Shown here piece after piece: positions 20,301 to 29,053 of a stretch of DNA of 64,000 bases; the first letter of the stretch is position 1; each line of letters starts with the position of its first letter. The stretch is from Bdellovibrio sp. (GTDB taxonomy: Bacteria; Bdellovibrionota; Bdellovibrionia; Bdellovibrionales; Bdellovibrionaceae). Position numbers and translations under genes: made by a program. The DNA lies in assembly GCA_036676395.1 (NCBI GenBank), contig JAKFCY010000002.1:1280001-1344000 (forward strand). Reading direction: 5' to 3'. A model generated the notes under the pieces. The model saw only the letters and a program-made list of their open reading frames with translations, did not search any database and was not told where the DNA came from.

Positions 20301-23300
20301 TCCGGCTATTTACGGTAGCACTTTAGCCAGCGGAAGTCTTACCATAGATTCGACGTCGAATATTACAAAAGGTAAAGTTATCATCGCACCAAGTGGTGGT
20401 TTCGTTGGTGTTGGCACCTCAAATCCAACTTCTGTATTCGAAGTTCAAGGTGGCGTAGCCGCGAGTCCAACACCAATTATACTTGCAGGTCAAAGTTCAA
20501 ATGCAGGTAATACTGCGGGTGGCGCGGTGATAATCACTGCAGGTAATGCAAATGCTTCAACGACGCGCGCACTTGGAGGCGGAATTTATATTACAGCTGG
20601 AATGGGTGCAGGGGCCGGAACTCCTATAGCAACAATGCGTGGCGGTCCGATTACAATGACCGCGGGTCAAGGTGCATCAGCTGGTGCTCCGGGTGGAACA
20701 ATAAGTTTAATTGCTGGTGCTGGTGGATCTGTATCTGGTAACGGAGGTACCGCTTCACTTAGAGGCGGTAGTGCAACTTCAGGTATCGCTGGCACAGCGA
20801 ATGTTGCCGGCGGATTTTCTGCTGAAGGTATGGGTGGCAGTGTAAATATAAACGGTGGTGCTGGGGGCAGTGCAACAGGTGCATCATACGTAGGTGGCAC
20901 AGTAAATATTATTGGTGGTATTGCTGCAAATACAGCTTCAGGCGGAACCGTGAATATCGTTGGTGGTAACAGTACATTAGCACAAGCAGGTACAGTAAAT
21001 ATCAATGGTGGTAGTGGTGTCGGCTCTGTATATTCTGATGTTCTTATTCAAACTGGTACAGGAAAAGTTGGTATCGGTGGGTATGCCAGCGGAAATTATA
21101 AAGTAGATGTTACAGGTGATGTTCAGGCAAAATCTGGTTTTTACACTGATGCGATCGCAACAGCAACGGCTGGTGGTAATTACGGAAGTTCAGGTTTTAC
21201 AGCTAAATCAAGTATGTGGAATGGTTCTGCTGTAGAAGCGCCTAGTTGGACTTTTCATTTAAGTCCTCCGAATGGAACTAATGCATCTAACGATGCTTAT
21301 ATTTCTAGTAGTGGAAGCTCGAATTTTTTAAATTCAAGTTTAGCGGTAGTGGGCCCTGCAGACGCTGGAAATAGCGTGAATTCTCCAATTTTTAAAATTG
21401 GTGGTTACTATTACACAGGCTCAAGCGTTATCAAAGGGTACTGGCAAATGCAGACACAGTACGGCGCCGGGGCAAATCCAACTTCAACATTTGTGATTTC
21501 AGCTTCTGGTTCTCCGGGTACTTCAAACATGGCGTTGATGACTGGTAACTTTGGAATTGGTACAACATCACCAACTGCTGCATTACATATTAAAGCAGGT
21601 ACGGCATCTTTAGCGCCGATGAAATTTAGTTCAGGAACTTTATTAACATCACCACAATCTGGAACTATCGAATACGATGGTTCAGCATTATATTTTACAG
21701 ATGGCACAAATACACGCCGTACAATTGCATCGACCGGGGCGCCAGGCCTTTATGATGCTGCAAACACTGTTGCTAATTCATCAGGTAATATTGCGCTTTA
21801 TCCAAATACTGGTGCAGGCAGTGTGATTGTATCTGCGACCACAGCTTCAACTAATTCTACGACGGGCGCATTAATTGTTAAGGGCGGCTTAGGTGTAGCC
21901 GGAAATATTTTCTCGTCAGGAACAATTATTACGTCTTCAAATATTCAAGGGGCTTCGATCACGGCAACAAATGGTATGATTACCCCGTATGTGTACGGAT
22001 CAATCGCATCAGGCGGATCACTTCGTTTAGATTCAACAACGCACGCTTCAAAAGGTAATATTTTATTAGCGCCTAACGGTGGCAAAGTGGGGATTGGTTT
22101 AATTAATCCTATTGATAAATTACACATCTATGATGGCGACATCCGACTTGGCAGTTCTACAGATACAAATTCATCACAAGGAATGTTAAAATTTGGCTCA
22201 GCCGGTTCTCCCGATGGATATGCCGGAATTGCAGGTATCGCCAAAGGAAGCCCAGACCGTATGGAACTTGCGTTTTCGACAGCTTATGGCACTGCTGTTG
22301 AAGCTATGAGAATTTCTGAATACGGCAGTGTCGGTATCGGCACAAGCAGCCCGTTATCAATTTTAACTGTTAACGGTGCCAGACAGTCAGCGACTATTAA
22401 GAACACAATATCAACATTTGATACTCAGGCCTTTAATGTCGATGTCGGTGCGGGAATCGGCTTTGGTGGTAAGACCAATGCTTCTGGCACAATGGCACAT
22501 TTTGGTTTGGTTGGCGCACGCAAAGAAAATAATACGGCTGATAATATTGCAGGGTATTTAGTTTTTGAAACTCGCCCAGCTGGCGGAAACTTATCAGAGA
22601 AAATGCGAATCAATTCGGTTGGCAATGTAGGTTTAGGCACGACGACTCCAAGTACATTATTAGATTTATATGCAGCTGCGAGTCCGACTTTACGTATTCG
22701 CAGTAATTCGAATGATGCAGCCGGTGGCCCGACAATTCGTTTAGTTGAAGACTTATCTGAAAATGGCGGTTTGATCCGCTATAACGCTCTTACGAATAAT
22801 TTAGATTTAGGAGTGATAGAAAGTGGTGTTGATAACGCCAGAATTTCAATTAATAGAACGAACGGAAATGTCGGTATTGGTACTTCGGCGCCAGATACAG
22901 GTTTACATGTTGTAAATTCGACGGGAATTTTCGTTTCATCTTTCGAACAAACCTACAACGGCGGAAGCGGCGCCTATCTTATGTTAAAACACTCAAGAAA
23001 CGGTGGAGTGCTCGTAGCAAACGATTATGTTGGAGCAATGTATTTTCAAGGGATGAATTCAGGTTCAAACTATAGCGATGTTGCAAATATTTTTTCACAA
23101 ATGACCAATGTTACTTCTGGATCTGAAAGTGGTAATATTTCATTCTGGACACGTAATGCTGGAACACGAACTGAAAAAATACGTATTGATTCAAACGGTA
23201 ACGTCGGTATCGGAACCAGTGCGCCAGCAACTTATTTAGATATAGCAGGCAACGGCGGCGAAACTTTAATTCTAAGAGATAAGGATACTCTTTTTACTGA

Positions 23301-24516
23301 TAATACTTTTGCTTTATATATTCGCGGAAAAGATTCGGCGAATAATAATGTTTGGTATGTAGGTGAAGGTTCATCTGGAGCAAAAAATGTTTCAATGATG
23401 GCCTACCAGGCAGGGTATCCATTAACTTTTGGAACGAGCTCGACAGAAAGAATGCGCGTCGATGATTTCGGTAACGTCGGGATTGGTACAACTGCGCCAA
23501 ACACTTTATTGCAAGTTGGGCCAACGGGTTCTTCTAGCATAGGGTATTCTACTTTTGCCGGAAGTTATTTATCAACAGCTGGGCAAGCGCAGTATATTGG
23601 TAACTGGGCAAGCACTGGGTATTGGGGTATTGGCCCAGCGACAAATGCAAATGACAGCACCCTTCGTATCGGAAGAATTGATACGGCCTCAGCGACTTGG
23701 AGTGCAACACAAGTTACAAATTTATTGATCGGCGGTAATTTAGGTATTGGCCAGACAAGTCCAATTAATGCTTTAGACATTTTGCGAACCTCAGGAGATC
23801 TTGGCATGCGCTTGAAAGCGGATGCTGGTGATTCAGACGTAACCATCCAGTTACAAAATGACGTGCAAACCTGGAAAATGATTAACAAAGCTGGTTTTTC
23901 AGATGCATTTGCTATTGAAGATACTACTAGCGGAAAAACTCCGTTTGCTATCAGAAAAACGAATGGTTTTATTGGTATGGGGGGAGTGACTGTTCCGGGT
24001 TATCAATTAGAAGTATCGGGTACCGTGCAAATCACTTCGGGCTCGGCTTTACGAATCGGCGCTGCAAATATTTGTACAAGTGCAGGTTGTGTGTCGTCTT
24101 CAGATTTACGTTTAAAAGAAAATATTCAACCTTTAGATTTTAGTTTAGAAAAGTTATTGTCGCTTAACGGTGTACAATACGATTGGAAAAACAAAGCTGT
24201 TTATGGAGATCAGCACCAAATCGGGTTTATCGCGCAAGAATTAGAAAAAGTTTTTCCTGAAGTTGTATATACAGATAAAGAAACCGGATTAAAAACTGTG
24301 TCTTACGGTCAGTTACTGGCTCCGGTGGTTGAGGCCATTAAAGTGTTATTTGGAAAAACCAAAGACAACGCGCGCGCGATCGCTTCGCTTGAAGAAAAAG
24401 ATTCGGCTAAAGATAAACAAATCAAAGCTCTAACGCTTGAGAACGAACGTAAAGATAAAGAATTACGCGAAATGAAAGAGCGTCTTGATCGTATTGAAAA
24501 AGCTTTAACTCGGTAA
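17329..24516 (+). CDS. Large secreted fibre adhesin (mosaic adhesive trimer type), 2395 aa, with C-terminal S74 chaperone
   Basis: Same N-domain as 7086..12137, many GNVGIGT..P junctions, Gly-rich repeat block, SSDLRLKENI...GFIAQE and coiled coil. Confidence 0.85.
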   Translation: MVHVNYLIVKLLSAFFAIFIACSAFAGPGVTTYQAKIIKPDGLPLEANSVNFKFTILNPIGTCILYSETYSSINMTSTGGLIAFPLGSGVKVYPVSATTFAEVFSNVTPNLSCDAGGPGTYTPAATDTRKVVMQFHDGSGWQTLPAMSINAVPYAMYANEAQKISGLPTCNPGEALSYNGVTFSCEAISGGGAVTSSTVTAALGYTPASSATVDSLVSSVASESANISSVSATVYSVSTTVTSLQNSVTASFAAMASSQWVSLNGLTSVSQTIAFGTTGTAPNVSSVGSVHTFNFPFASAGTTTAGLISNSDYTAFWNKLEATGSAIISALGYTPADAASFTTLSSNVATVSAAVSSLSASTAASFSAITNSQWLTSGTAISYSTGNVGVGTSAPVEKLHVNGSAVLGSIPNYTNGGSGLYLANEAGDAFNFFRIDGYANDLAIIASSLAGAASGTSISFRTAAAGQGANGSTKMTIDSAGNVGIGTLSPVTKLVVSGGVKISMESATCSVSFAGTLRYNSGLVEYCNGTTWSAFGVAGAGISLLNGSSSATQIFATGIAGTDFNISSANGTHTFNVPLAATASVTAGLLSNADYLAFTNKVSSTSAAIIAALGYEPALNSASGTYAQKANNLSDLTSVAAARTNLGLGGFATVSSLDLGSASATGILAEARLPSFANITSGTEYTKVTVDGKGRVTSGAQLTSSDVTTALGYSPASASASSQWTTSGTTIFYNTGNVGIGVSNPSSLLTLANSGVTTTFRMSGNVSNSVSTRFQMANDVNHLAQLAHVGSTAANANLIGIANTVNLATSGDAIILAAYNASGTIRFGTGGFANSNERMRIDQNGNVGIGTIAPTAVLQIKAGTSLTAQLKLDPSVLLTAPQSGAVEYDGTNLYFTDSTNARRTIAATSAAGSYDNVSLISNPSGNIAVYPNAGAGSVIVSATTASTNAQTGALIVKGGVGVSGDLYTSGTINSSSTIQGVTVVATEGIFSPAIYGSTLASGSLTIDSTSNITKGKVIIAPSGGFVGVGTSNPTSVFEVQGGVAASPTPIILAGQSSNAGNTAGGAVIITAGNANASTTRALGGGIYITAGMGAGAGTPIATMRGGPITMTAGQGASAGAPGGTISLIAGAGGSVSGNGGTASLRGGSATSGIAGTANVAGGFSAEGMGGSVNINGGAGGSATGASYVGGTVNIIGGIAANTASGGTVNIVGGNSTLAQAGTVNINGGSGVGSVYSDVLIQTGTGKVGIGGYASGNYKVDVTGDVQAKSGFYTDAIATATAGGNYGSSGFTAKSSMWNGSAVEAPSWTFHLSPPNGTNASNDAYISSSGSSNFLNSSLAVVGPADAGNSVNSPIFKIGGYYYTGSSVIKGYWQMQTQYGAGANPTSTFVISASGSPGTSNMALMTGNFGIGTTSPTAALHIKAGTASLAPMKFSSGTLLTSPQSGTIEYDGSALYFTDGTNTRRTIASTGAPGLYDAANTVANSSGNIALYPNTGAGSVIVSATTASTNSTTGALIVKGGLGVAGNIFSSGTIITSSNIQGASITATNGMITPYVYGSIASGGSLRLDSTTHASKGNILLAPNGGKVGIGLINPIDKLHIYDGDIRLGSSTDTNSSQGMLKFGSAGSPDGYAGIAGIAKGSPDRMELAFSTAYGTAVEAMRISEYGSVGIGTSSPLSILTVNGARQSATIKNTISTFDTQAFNVDVGAGIGFGGKTNASGTMAHFGLVGARKENNTADNIAGYLVFETRPAGGNLSEKMRINSVGNVGLGTTTPSTLLDLYAAASPTLRIRSNSNDAAGGPTIRLVEDLSENGGLIRYNALTNNLDLGVIESGVDNARISINRTNGNVGIGTSAPDTGLHVVNSTGIFVSSFEQTYNGGSGAYLMLKHSRNGGVLVANDYVGAMYFQGMNSGSNYSDVANIFSQMTNVTSGSESGNISFWTRNAGTRTEKIRIDSNGNVGIGTSAPATYLDIAGNGGETLILRDKDTLFTDNTFALYIRGKDSANNNVWYVGEGSSGAKNVSMMAYQAGYPLTFGTSSTERMRVDDFGNVGIGTTAPNTLLQVGPTGSSSIGYSTFAGSYLSTAGQAQYIGNWASTGYWGIGPATNANDSTLRIGRIDTASATWSATQVTNLLIGGNLGIGQTSPINALDILRTSGDLGMRLKADAGDSDVTIQLQNDVQTWKMINKAGFSDAFAIEDTTSGKTPFAIRKTNGFIGMGGVTVPGYQLEVSGTVQITSGSALRIGAANICTSAGCVSSSDLRLKENIQPLDFSLEKLLSLNGVQYDWKNKAVYGDQHQIGFIAQELEKVFPEVVYTDKETGLKTVSYGQLLAPVVEAIKVLFGKTKDNARAIASLEEKDSAKDKQIKALTLENERKDKELREMKERLDRIEKALTR

Positions 24517-24771
24517 GCGCTTTTTAGCAAAGGCATTCACAAGAGCTAAGACGATGATGGCTCCGACCACGGCGCCAATAAAGCCTGCTGTTTCGTTTGG
24601 TCCGTAAATCCCAAACGCTTGGCCTAAAATAGACCCTACAAAAGCGCCGACAATACCTAATATAGTCGTCATTAGTAAGCCGGTCTTGTCATCACCGGGT
24701 TTTAAAAAGCGTGCTACAAGACCCACAACAAAGCCAATAATAATTGTGGCAATGATTCCTCGTTCATCCAT
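24505..24771 (-). CDS. GlsB/YeaQ/YmgE (transglycosylase-associated) membrane protein
   Basis: IIIGFVVGLVARFLKPG...LGIVGAFVG...GAVVGAIIVL. Confidence 0.88.
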   Translation of the reverse strand: MDERGIIATIIIGFVVGLVARFLKPGDDKTGLLMTTILGIVGAFVGSILGQAFGIYGPNETAGFIGAVVGAIIVLALVNAFAKKRLPS

Positions 24772-24848
24772 ATTGTTCTCCTTGATATTTCTTACTAGCC
24801 AGCGTGCAAATTATTGACCGGGGCAGATTGCGACACTTACAGTGAATT

Positions 24849-25694
24849 ATGGCTAATATTGAAGTTCTTCAAATCCCAACAGCACAAGAGTTTTTAAATC
24901 TTTGTGGCGATATGCTTTATCAAAGTGAAGCCGAATACAGTTTAATGTTAGGCTTGGCCGAAGCGGGCATTAAGCAAAATAAAAATGTCGGAAAGTTTTA
25001 TATTACCCAAAGTGATTCAGTTCTGAATGGCGCAGGTCATGTGACTGATCGTAATTTAATTATTTCAAATTTAAGTAATGAATCGATATTAGCCCTTGCT
25101 GACCAGCTTTATTTTGATCAAATTAATTTTCCGGGAGTTGTAGGTCCTGTTGCGCCAGCAGAATTGTTTGCTAAAACTTGGGCAGGGCTCGCCGAAAAAA
25201 AATATAAAATCGGAATGCAGCAAAAGATATATCAACTTGAAAAAGTGATTCTGCCAAAACCCGTATCTGGTTCGATTTTGGTGTGTAATGAAAGTCATCT
25301 GGATTTGATCACGCAATGGGTTTATGAATTTAGTTTAGAATCACTTGCGCATGAAGTGAATACGATCGAGCGAGCCCGTGAATTTGCGGCTAATAAAATA
25401 CCTAAAGGTGAAGTTTATATTTGGAGTGATGAAAAAGGTATTCCAGTGTCGATGAACTCGGTAGGGCGATCTACTAAACATGGCATCAGTATAAGTGCTG
25501 TATATACACCCAAAAATTTTCGTCATAGAGGTTATGCATCGGCCTTAGTCGCTGCCACTAGTCAGCAGATGCTGAATCACGGAAAAAAGTTTTGCATGCT
25601 CTATACCGATCTGTCTAATTCCACGTCGAATAAGATTTACCAAGGCATAGGCTATCAAGAAATAGCAACCTCAGTGAACTACATTTTCGTCTAG
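24849..25694 (+). CDS. GNAT acetyltransferase (FR47-like C-terminal domain)
   Basis: VYTP..FRHRGYASALV and LYTDLSN.TSNKIYQ.IGY. Confidence 0.85.
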   Translation: MANIEVLQIPTAQEFLNLCGDMLYQSEAEYSLMLGLAEAGIKQNKNVGKFYITQSDSVLNGAGHVTDRNLIISNLSNESILALADQLYFDQINFPGVVGPVAPAELFAKTWAGLAEKKYKIGMQQKIYQLEKVILPKPVSGSILVCNESHLDLITQWVYEFSLESLAHEVNTIERAREFAANKIPKGEVYIWSDEKGIPVSMNSVGRSTKHGISISAVYTPKNFRHRGYASALVAATSQQMLNHGKKFCMLYTDLSNSTSNKIYQGIGYQEIATSVNYIFV

Positions 25695-25710
25695 CCAGAG
25701 CTCATTTAAA

Positions 25711-26454
25711 ATGTTAATTAAAAGCATGATGATTAAAGCTTTAATTACTTTTTTATTCGCAATCACTTTAGTAAGTACGGTGCACGCTGAAAACGCCGAA
25801 CCTTCGACGCAAGAAAAAGTTACAGAAGCCGTACAATCTGGTGTTGAACAAGTTCAAAAGGCTTTAAGTCATTCACGCTTAATCAGACAAAATTCAGATT
25901 ATTTTACCACTTTAAATTTTGCCCCGATTGATTTGGTTTTACCCAGTAAGTTTGGTTTAACTGCAGGTTTTGTTAGCGATGCAGATCTTACTTGGGAGCT
26001 TGAATATTTAAAAAGTAGCGTGTCAGTTCCATTTATCATCGAAGATCTAGGCGAAATGACAGACGAACGTTTATCGGTCATTCGTCGTAATTATTTCGGC
26101 ACTGAGACTTTTAATTTAAGCTACGGATTAAGTTATTATAAATTTAAACTGCATATCGGTAATAAATATTTATCGTCGGTTGTGGCTAACGCCCCGGATG
26201 TAGATTTAATTCGTGTTGAATCGTTAGGGTTTAATATTGGTGTTGGTAATCGCTGGATTTTTTCAAACCGCTGGATGGTGGGTGTTGATTGGATCTCTTG
26301 GGCACAACCTGTGTTAACAACACGTAATAATAATAAGTTTGCAGATTTTGCTACTGATGAAGATGTTAAAGACACTTCGAAAACACTGGTGAAGTTGGTC
26401 TCTTGGGTTCCGCGTATAACACTTTTAAAACTGCAAGTAGGGTATAGTTTCTAA
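25711..26454 (+). CDS. Secreted/outer-membrane beta-barrel-like hypothetical protein
   Basis: Signal peptide, alternating beta strands, C-terminal VGYSF; true start may be a few codons later. Confidence 0.6.
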   Translation: MLIKSMMIKALITFLFAITLVSTVHAENAEPSTQEKVTEAVQSGVEQVQKALSHSRLIRQNSDYFTTLNFAPIDLVLPSKFGLTAGFVSDADLTWELEYLKSSVSVPFIIEDLGEMTDERLSVIRRNYFGTETFNLSYGLSYYKFKLHIGNKYLSSVVANAPDVDLIRVESLGFNIGVGNRWIFSNRWMVGVDWISWAQPVLTTRNNNKFADFATDEDVKDTSKTLVKLVSWVPRITLLKLQVGYSF

Positions 26455-26984
26455 TGAATTTTAATATTACTCACAATAATCAATATTTCTTGTTTCGCTT
26501 GGCTACAGATAAAGATGTCTCACAAGTTAGAACACTGGTTAACGAAGCTTATAAAGAACTTGCCGATCAAGGCTTAAATTACACAGCTTCATACCAAGAC
26601 GAAGACGAAACGCGTAAACGTATGAATCAAGGTAGAGCGTTTGTTTTATTAAGTGGTTCTGAAATCGTAGGCAGTGTTTTGTTCTTTGAAAAAAATTATT
26701 TCACCGAAAAAAAATCAGCTTACATCGGCCAGTTTGCCATCGCTCCAAAATTAAAACGCCAGGGGCTTGGTTCGATTATCATGGATTTTTGTGAACAGCT
26801 GGCCAATGATGAAAAGTATGAATCTATTCAGCTTGATACGGCAAAACCTGCCAAACACCTTGTGGATTGGTATCAAAGCCGCGGTTTTAAAATTGTCGGT
26901 GAAAAACACTGGGATGGTAAAACCTACGACTCGTTCATCATGGAAAAAACCTTACGAGCCGCATTCGCTAAAAAGAAAAAGTAG
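26454..26984 (+). CDS. GNAT acetyltransferase
   Basis: QFAIAP..KRQGLGS and LDTA..A.HL..WY..RGF. Confidence 0.85.
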   Translation: MNFNITHNNQYFLFRLATDKDVSQVRTLVNEAYKELADQGLNYTASYQDEDETRKRMNQGRAFVLLSGSEIVGSVLFFEKNYFTEKKSAYIGQFAIAPKLKRQGLGSIIMDFCEQLANDEKYESIQLDTAKPAKHLVDWYQSRGFKIVGEKHWDGKTYDSFIMEKTLRAAFAKKKK

Positions 26985-26991
26985 ACTAGTG

Positions 26992-29052
26992 TTACTGACC
27001 AGGGCAAAGAAAAGCAGCCTTCGGCCCTTTTTCAACACCTGGAACACAGAAGACAGCTGTTCCGTCATTTAATGATCGGTATTCAACAGCATTTTCGCCG
27101 AGTGATTTTTTGCTGGCTGCATTTAAAAAGTCTACATATTGATTAGCCGTGGCTGCATCCCAATAAGTAGGGCTGATGTGGCTATTTTTAGTCGGGATAA
27201 TCTGCGACGCCGCCAGCATAAGATGACCGTTAGTGTACGAGTAATAATTTTTAACGAACAAGCCAAAGCGGTTCCATAATGGAAACTCGCTCGAACTGTA
27301 GTTTTTGCCACCTAAGAATAGTAAATTACCCAAACTGTAGGCCACAAAACTTTTTTGATTAAACTCGATCGGGCGTACATTATGCGTATGGTGACCGATA
27401 ACTAAATCAACGGCGTAACTTTTAATTAAGGCCATTTTAGCTTCGATATTACGGTTTTCTGAACGTTGACGTTGTTTACCGTCTTTAGTTAAAGCCGTAT
27501 CATCATCAGGTTTTTCGCCATTTTTTGTGTACACAGATAATTCCATACCTTCATGAATAGAAACGATACGTAAATCAGCCGGAGTATTTTTTAGAGCTTC
27601 TAAAACGATTTTTAAATCTGCATATTCAGGGCAGGGAACCATGGCTCTTTCGGCTTTGCCATTTTTGCACATACGCACAGATAACATTCCGTTCGTATCT
27701 TGAGTAGGAGCCCAAGAGGTCTCCCAGTGAGGGCGATCATCGCCTTTCATTCCAATAGCTACAAAAGCAATACGTAAACCGTTCACTTCCATAATTTGCG
27801 GAAGAACAGTCTCTTGTAAAGTGCCAAGACCTGATAAATAAACTTGTTTGCCCGCTCTGGCTTGAATGTCTTTAAGATGAGCAACAGTTTCGTCAATGCC
27901 GGCCTGGTCATAATCATAGGCATGATTATTTGCTGAAGAGATCATATTAAAGCCCGCTTGATTTACTAAATATTCAACACCTTTGGGATGACTTTTTTGT
28001 GGATATTTTTTGCCCTCGATAATTGGCAGTTGCGCATTTGTTTTATCAGAAACAACGCTTTCTAAATTCATAAAATTTAAATCATTGCCTGCAGTCATCT
28101 TTTTAAGACCGACAGTCATTTGCTCCCAAGTCTGAAAAGAACTGTAAGTGCTTCCGGTGGCATTTAGTTTATCAGAACCAGGGCGTGAAAGACTTACGTC
28201 TCCGCCCATGCCGATCACGATTTCTTGTGTTACTGATTGTGGTTTGCGGTCAGTTAAATAAGTTTCTGGATTTTGCAAGTTTTCATAAGTTAGAAGACCT
28301 TTTGTGTATTTTGCATATTCTAGCACTGATAAACGACGGCCGATATCTTGCGAAATTTTATAGATTTCAGATGCGGCTTCAACACCGACGTATCTCCAGT
28401 GCCAAGGTTCAAAATTGTATTGCGTGATCGGGTTGGTCTCAACTTTCAAATTTTTTGAATAGCGCGGGTAACTCATGGCGATTCCATAGTTATGGGCATT
28501 GTTTAAAAGCCATTCATACTCTTTACATTTATTCTGAGGGCAGCGCTCTTTAATATCTGGGTAAGACAGGGTCGGGCCAAGGCTTGGGTAAACTAAATCA
28601 AACGTCGCCCCTAATTGGTGTTCGCTGCGGCCAGGAACAGCACTGATACTTTGAACGTAAGCCGTTAGCTCTTCTTCAGTTTTGAATTTATCTTTAAATT
28701 TTGGAAATTTACTGGCGTATGTTGAACACTGAGAATCAAAACTTCTGTAGCCTGAATAAATCTTAATAGTTACGTCAGAGGCTTTAGCGGCAGTCGTCAT
28801 TGCGATAAAAGCCTGAAGCACTTCGTTGCGCAATTTTTCGTTAGAGCCTGACTTGTTCCAAGTAAGATCTTTCGGTACAGAAACTAAATCAGTCGGGGTG
28901 TAAGAGCGTTTTAATTTATGAGCTTCTTCTTTGCTGATTAAAGCTAGATAATCAGAGCCATCTTGTTTGCCATCATCAATACAATATTTCGAGGCTGCGA
29001 ATGCATTTAAACTTGTTGATATAAATAATGTTGTTAGTAAAAGTTTTTTCAT
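26992..29052 (-). CDS. Secreted fusion: VanY/M15B D,D-carboxypeptidase plus CapA-type metallophosphoesterase
   Basis: N-half SGYRS, PGRSEHQLG..D, FEPWHWRYVG; C-half GGDV, NLES, ANNHAYDY, SIHEG, GHHTH, YSLGN. Confidence 0.85.
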   Translation of the reverse strand: MKKLLLTTLFISTSLNAFAASKYCIDDGKQDGSDYLALISKEEAHKLKRSYTPTDLVSVPKDLTWNKSGSNEKLRNEVLQAFIAMTTAAKASDVTIKIYSGYRSFDSQCSTYASKFPKFKDKFKTEEELTAYVQSISAVPGRSEHQLGATFDLVYPSLGPTLSYPDIKERCPQNKCKEYEWLLNNAHNYGIAMSYPRYSKNLKVETNPITQYNFEPWHWRYVGVEAASEIYKISQDIGRRLSVLEYAKYTKGLLTYENLQNPETYLTDRKPQSVTQEIVIGMGGDVSLSRPGSDKLNATGSTYSSFQTWEQMTVGLKKMTAGNDLNFMNLESVVSDKTNAQLPIIEGKKYPQKSHPKGVEYLVNQAGFNMISSANNHAYDYDQAGIDETVAHLKDIQARAGKQVYLSGLGTLQETVLPQIMEVNGLRIAFVAIGMKGDDRPHWETSWAPTQDTNGMLSVRMCKNGKAERAMVPCPEYADLKIVLEALKNTPADLRIVSIHEGMELSVYTKNGEKPDDDTALTKDGKQRQRSENRNIEAKMALIKSYAVDLVIGHHTHNVRPIEFNQKSFVAYSLGNLLFLGGKNYSSSEFPLWNRFGLFVKNYYSYTNGHLMLAASQIIPTKNSHISPTYWDAATANQYVDFLNAASKKSLGENAVEYRSLNDGTAVFCVPGVEKGPKAAFLCPGQ

Positions 29053-29053
29053 A

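Noticed and set aside
7448..23888. Many antisense ORFs inside the fibre genes and other long CDSs
   Set aside because: Shadow ORFs arising from codon bias; no recognisable motifs.
7086..24516. Fibre genes as prophage tail fibres or DGR targets
   Set aside because: They have Sec signal peptides and host-type promoters; no phage structural genes, reverse transcriptase or adenine-specific TR/VR pair seen.
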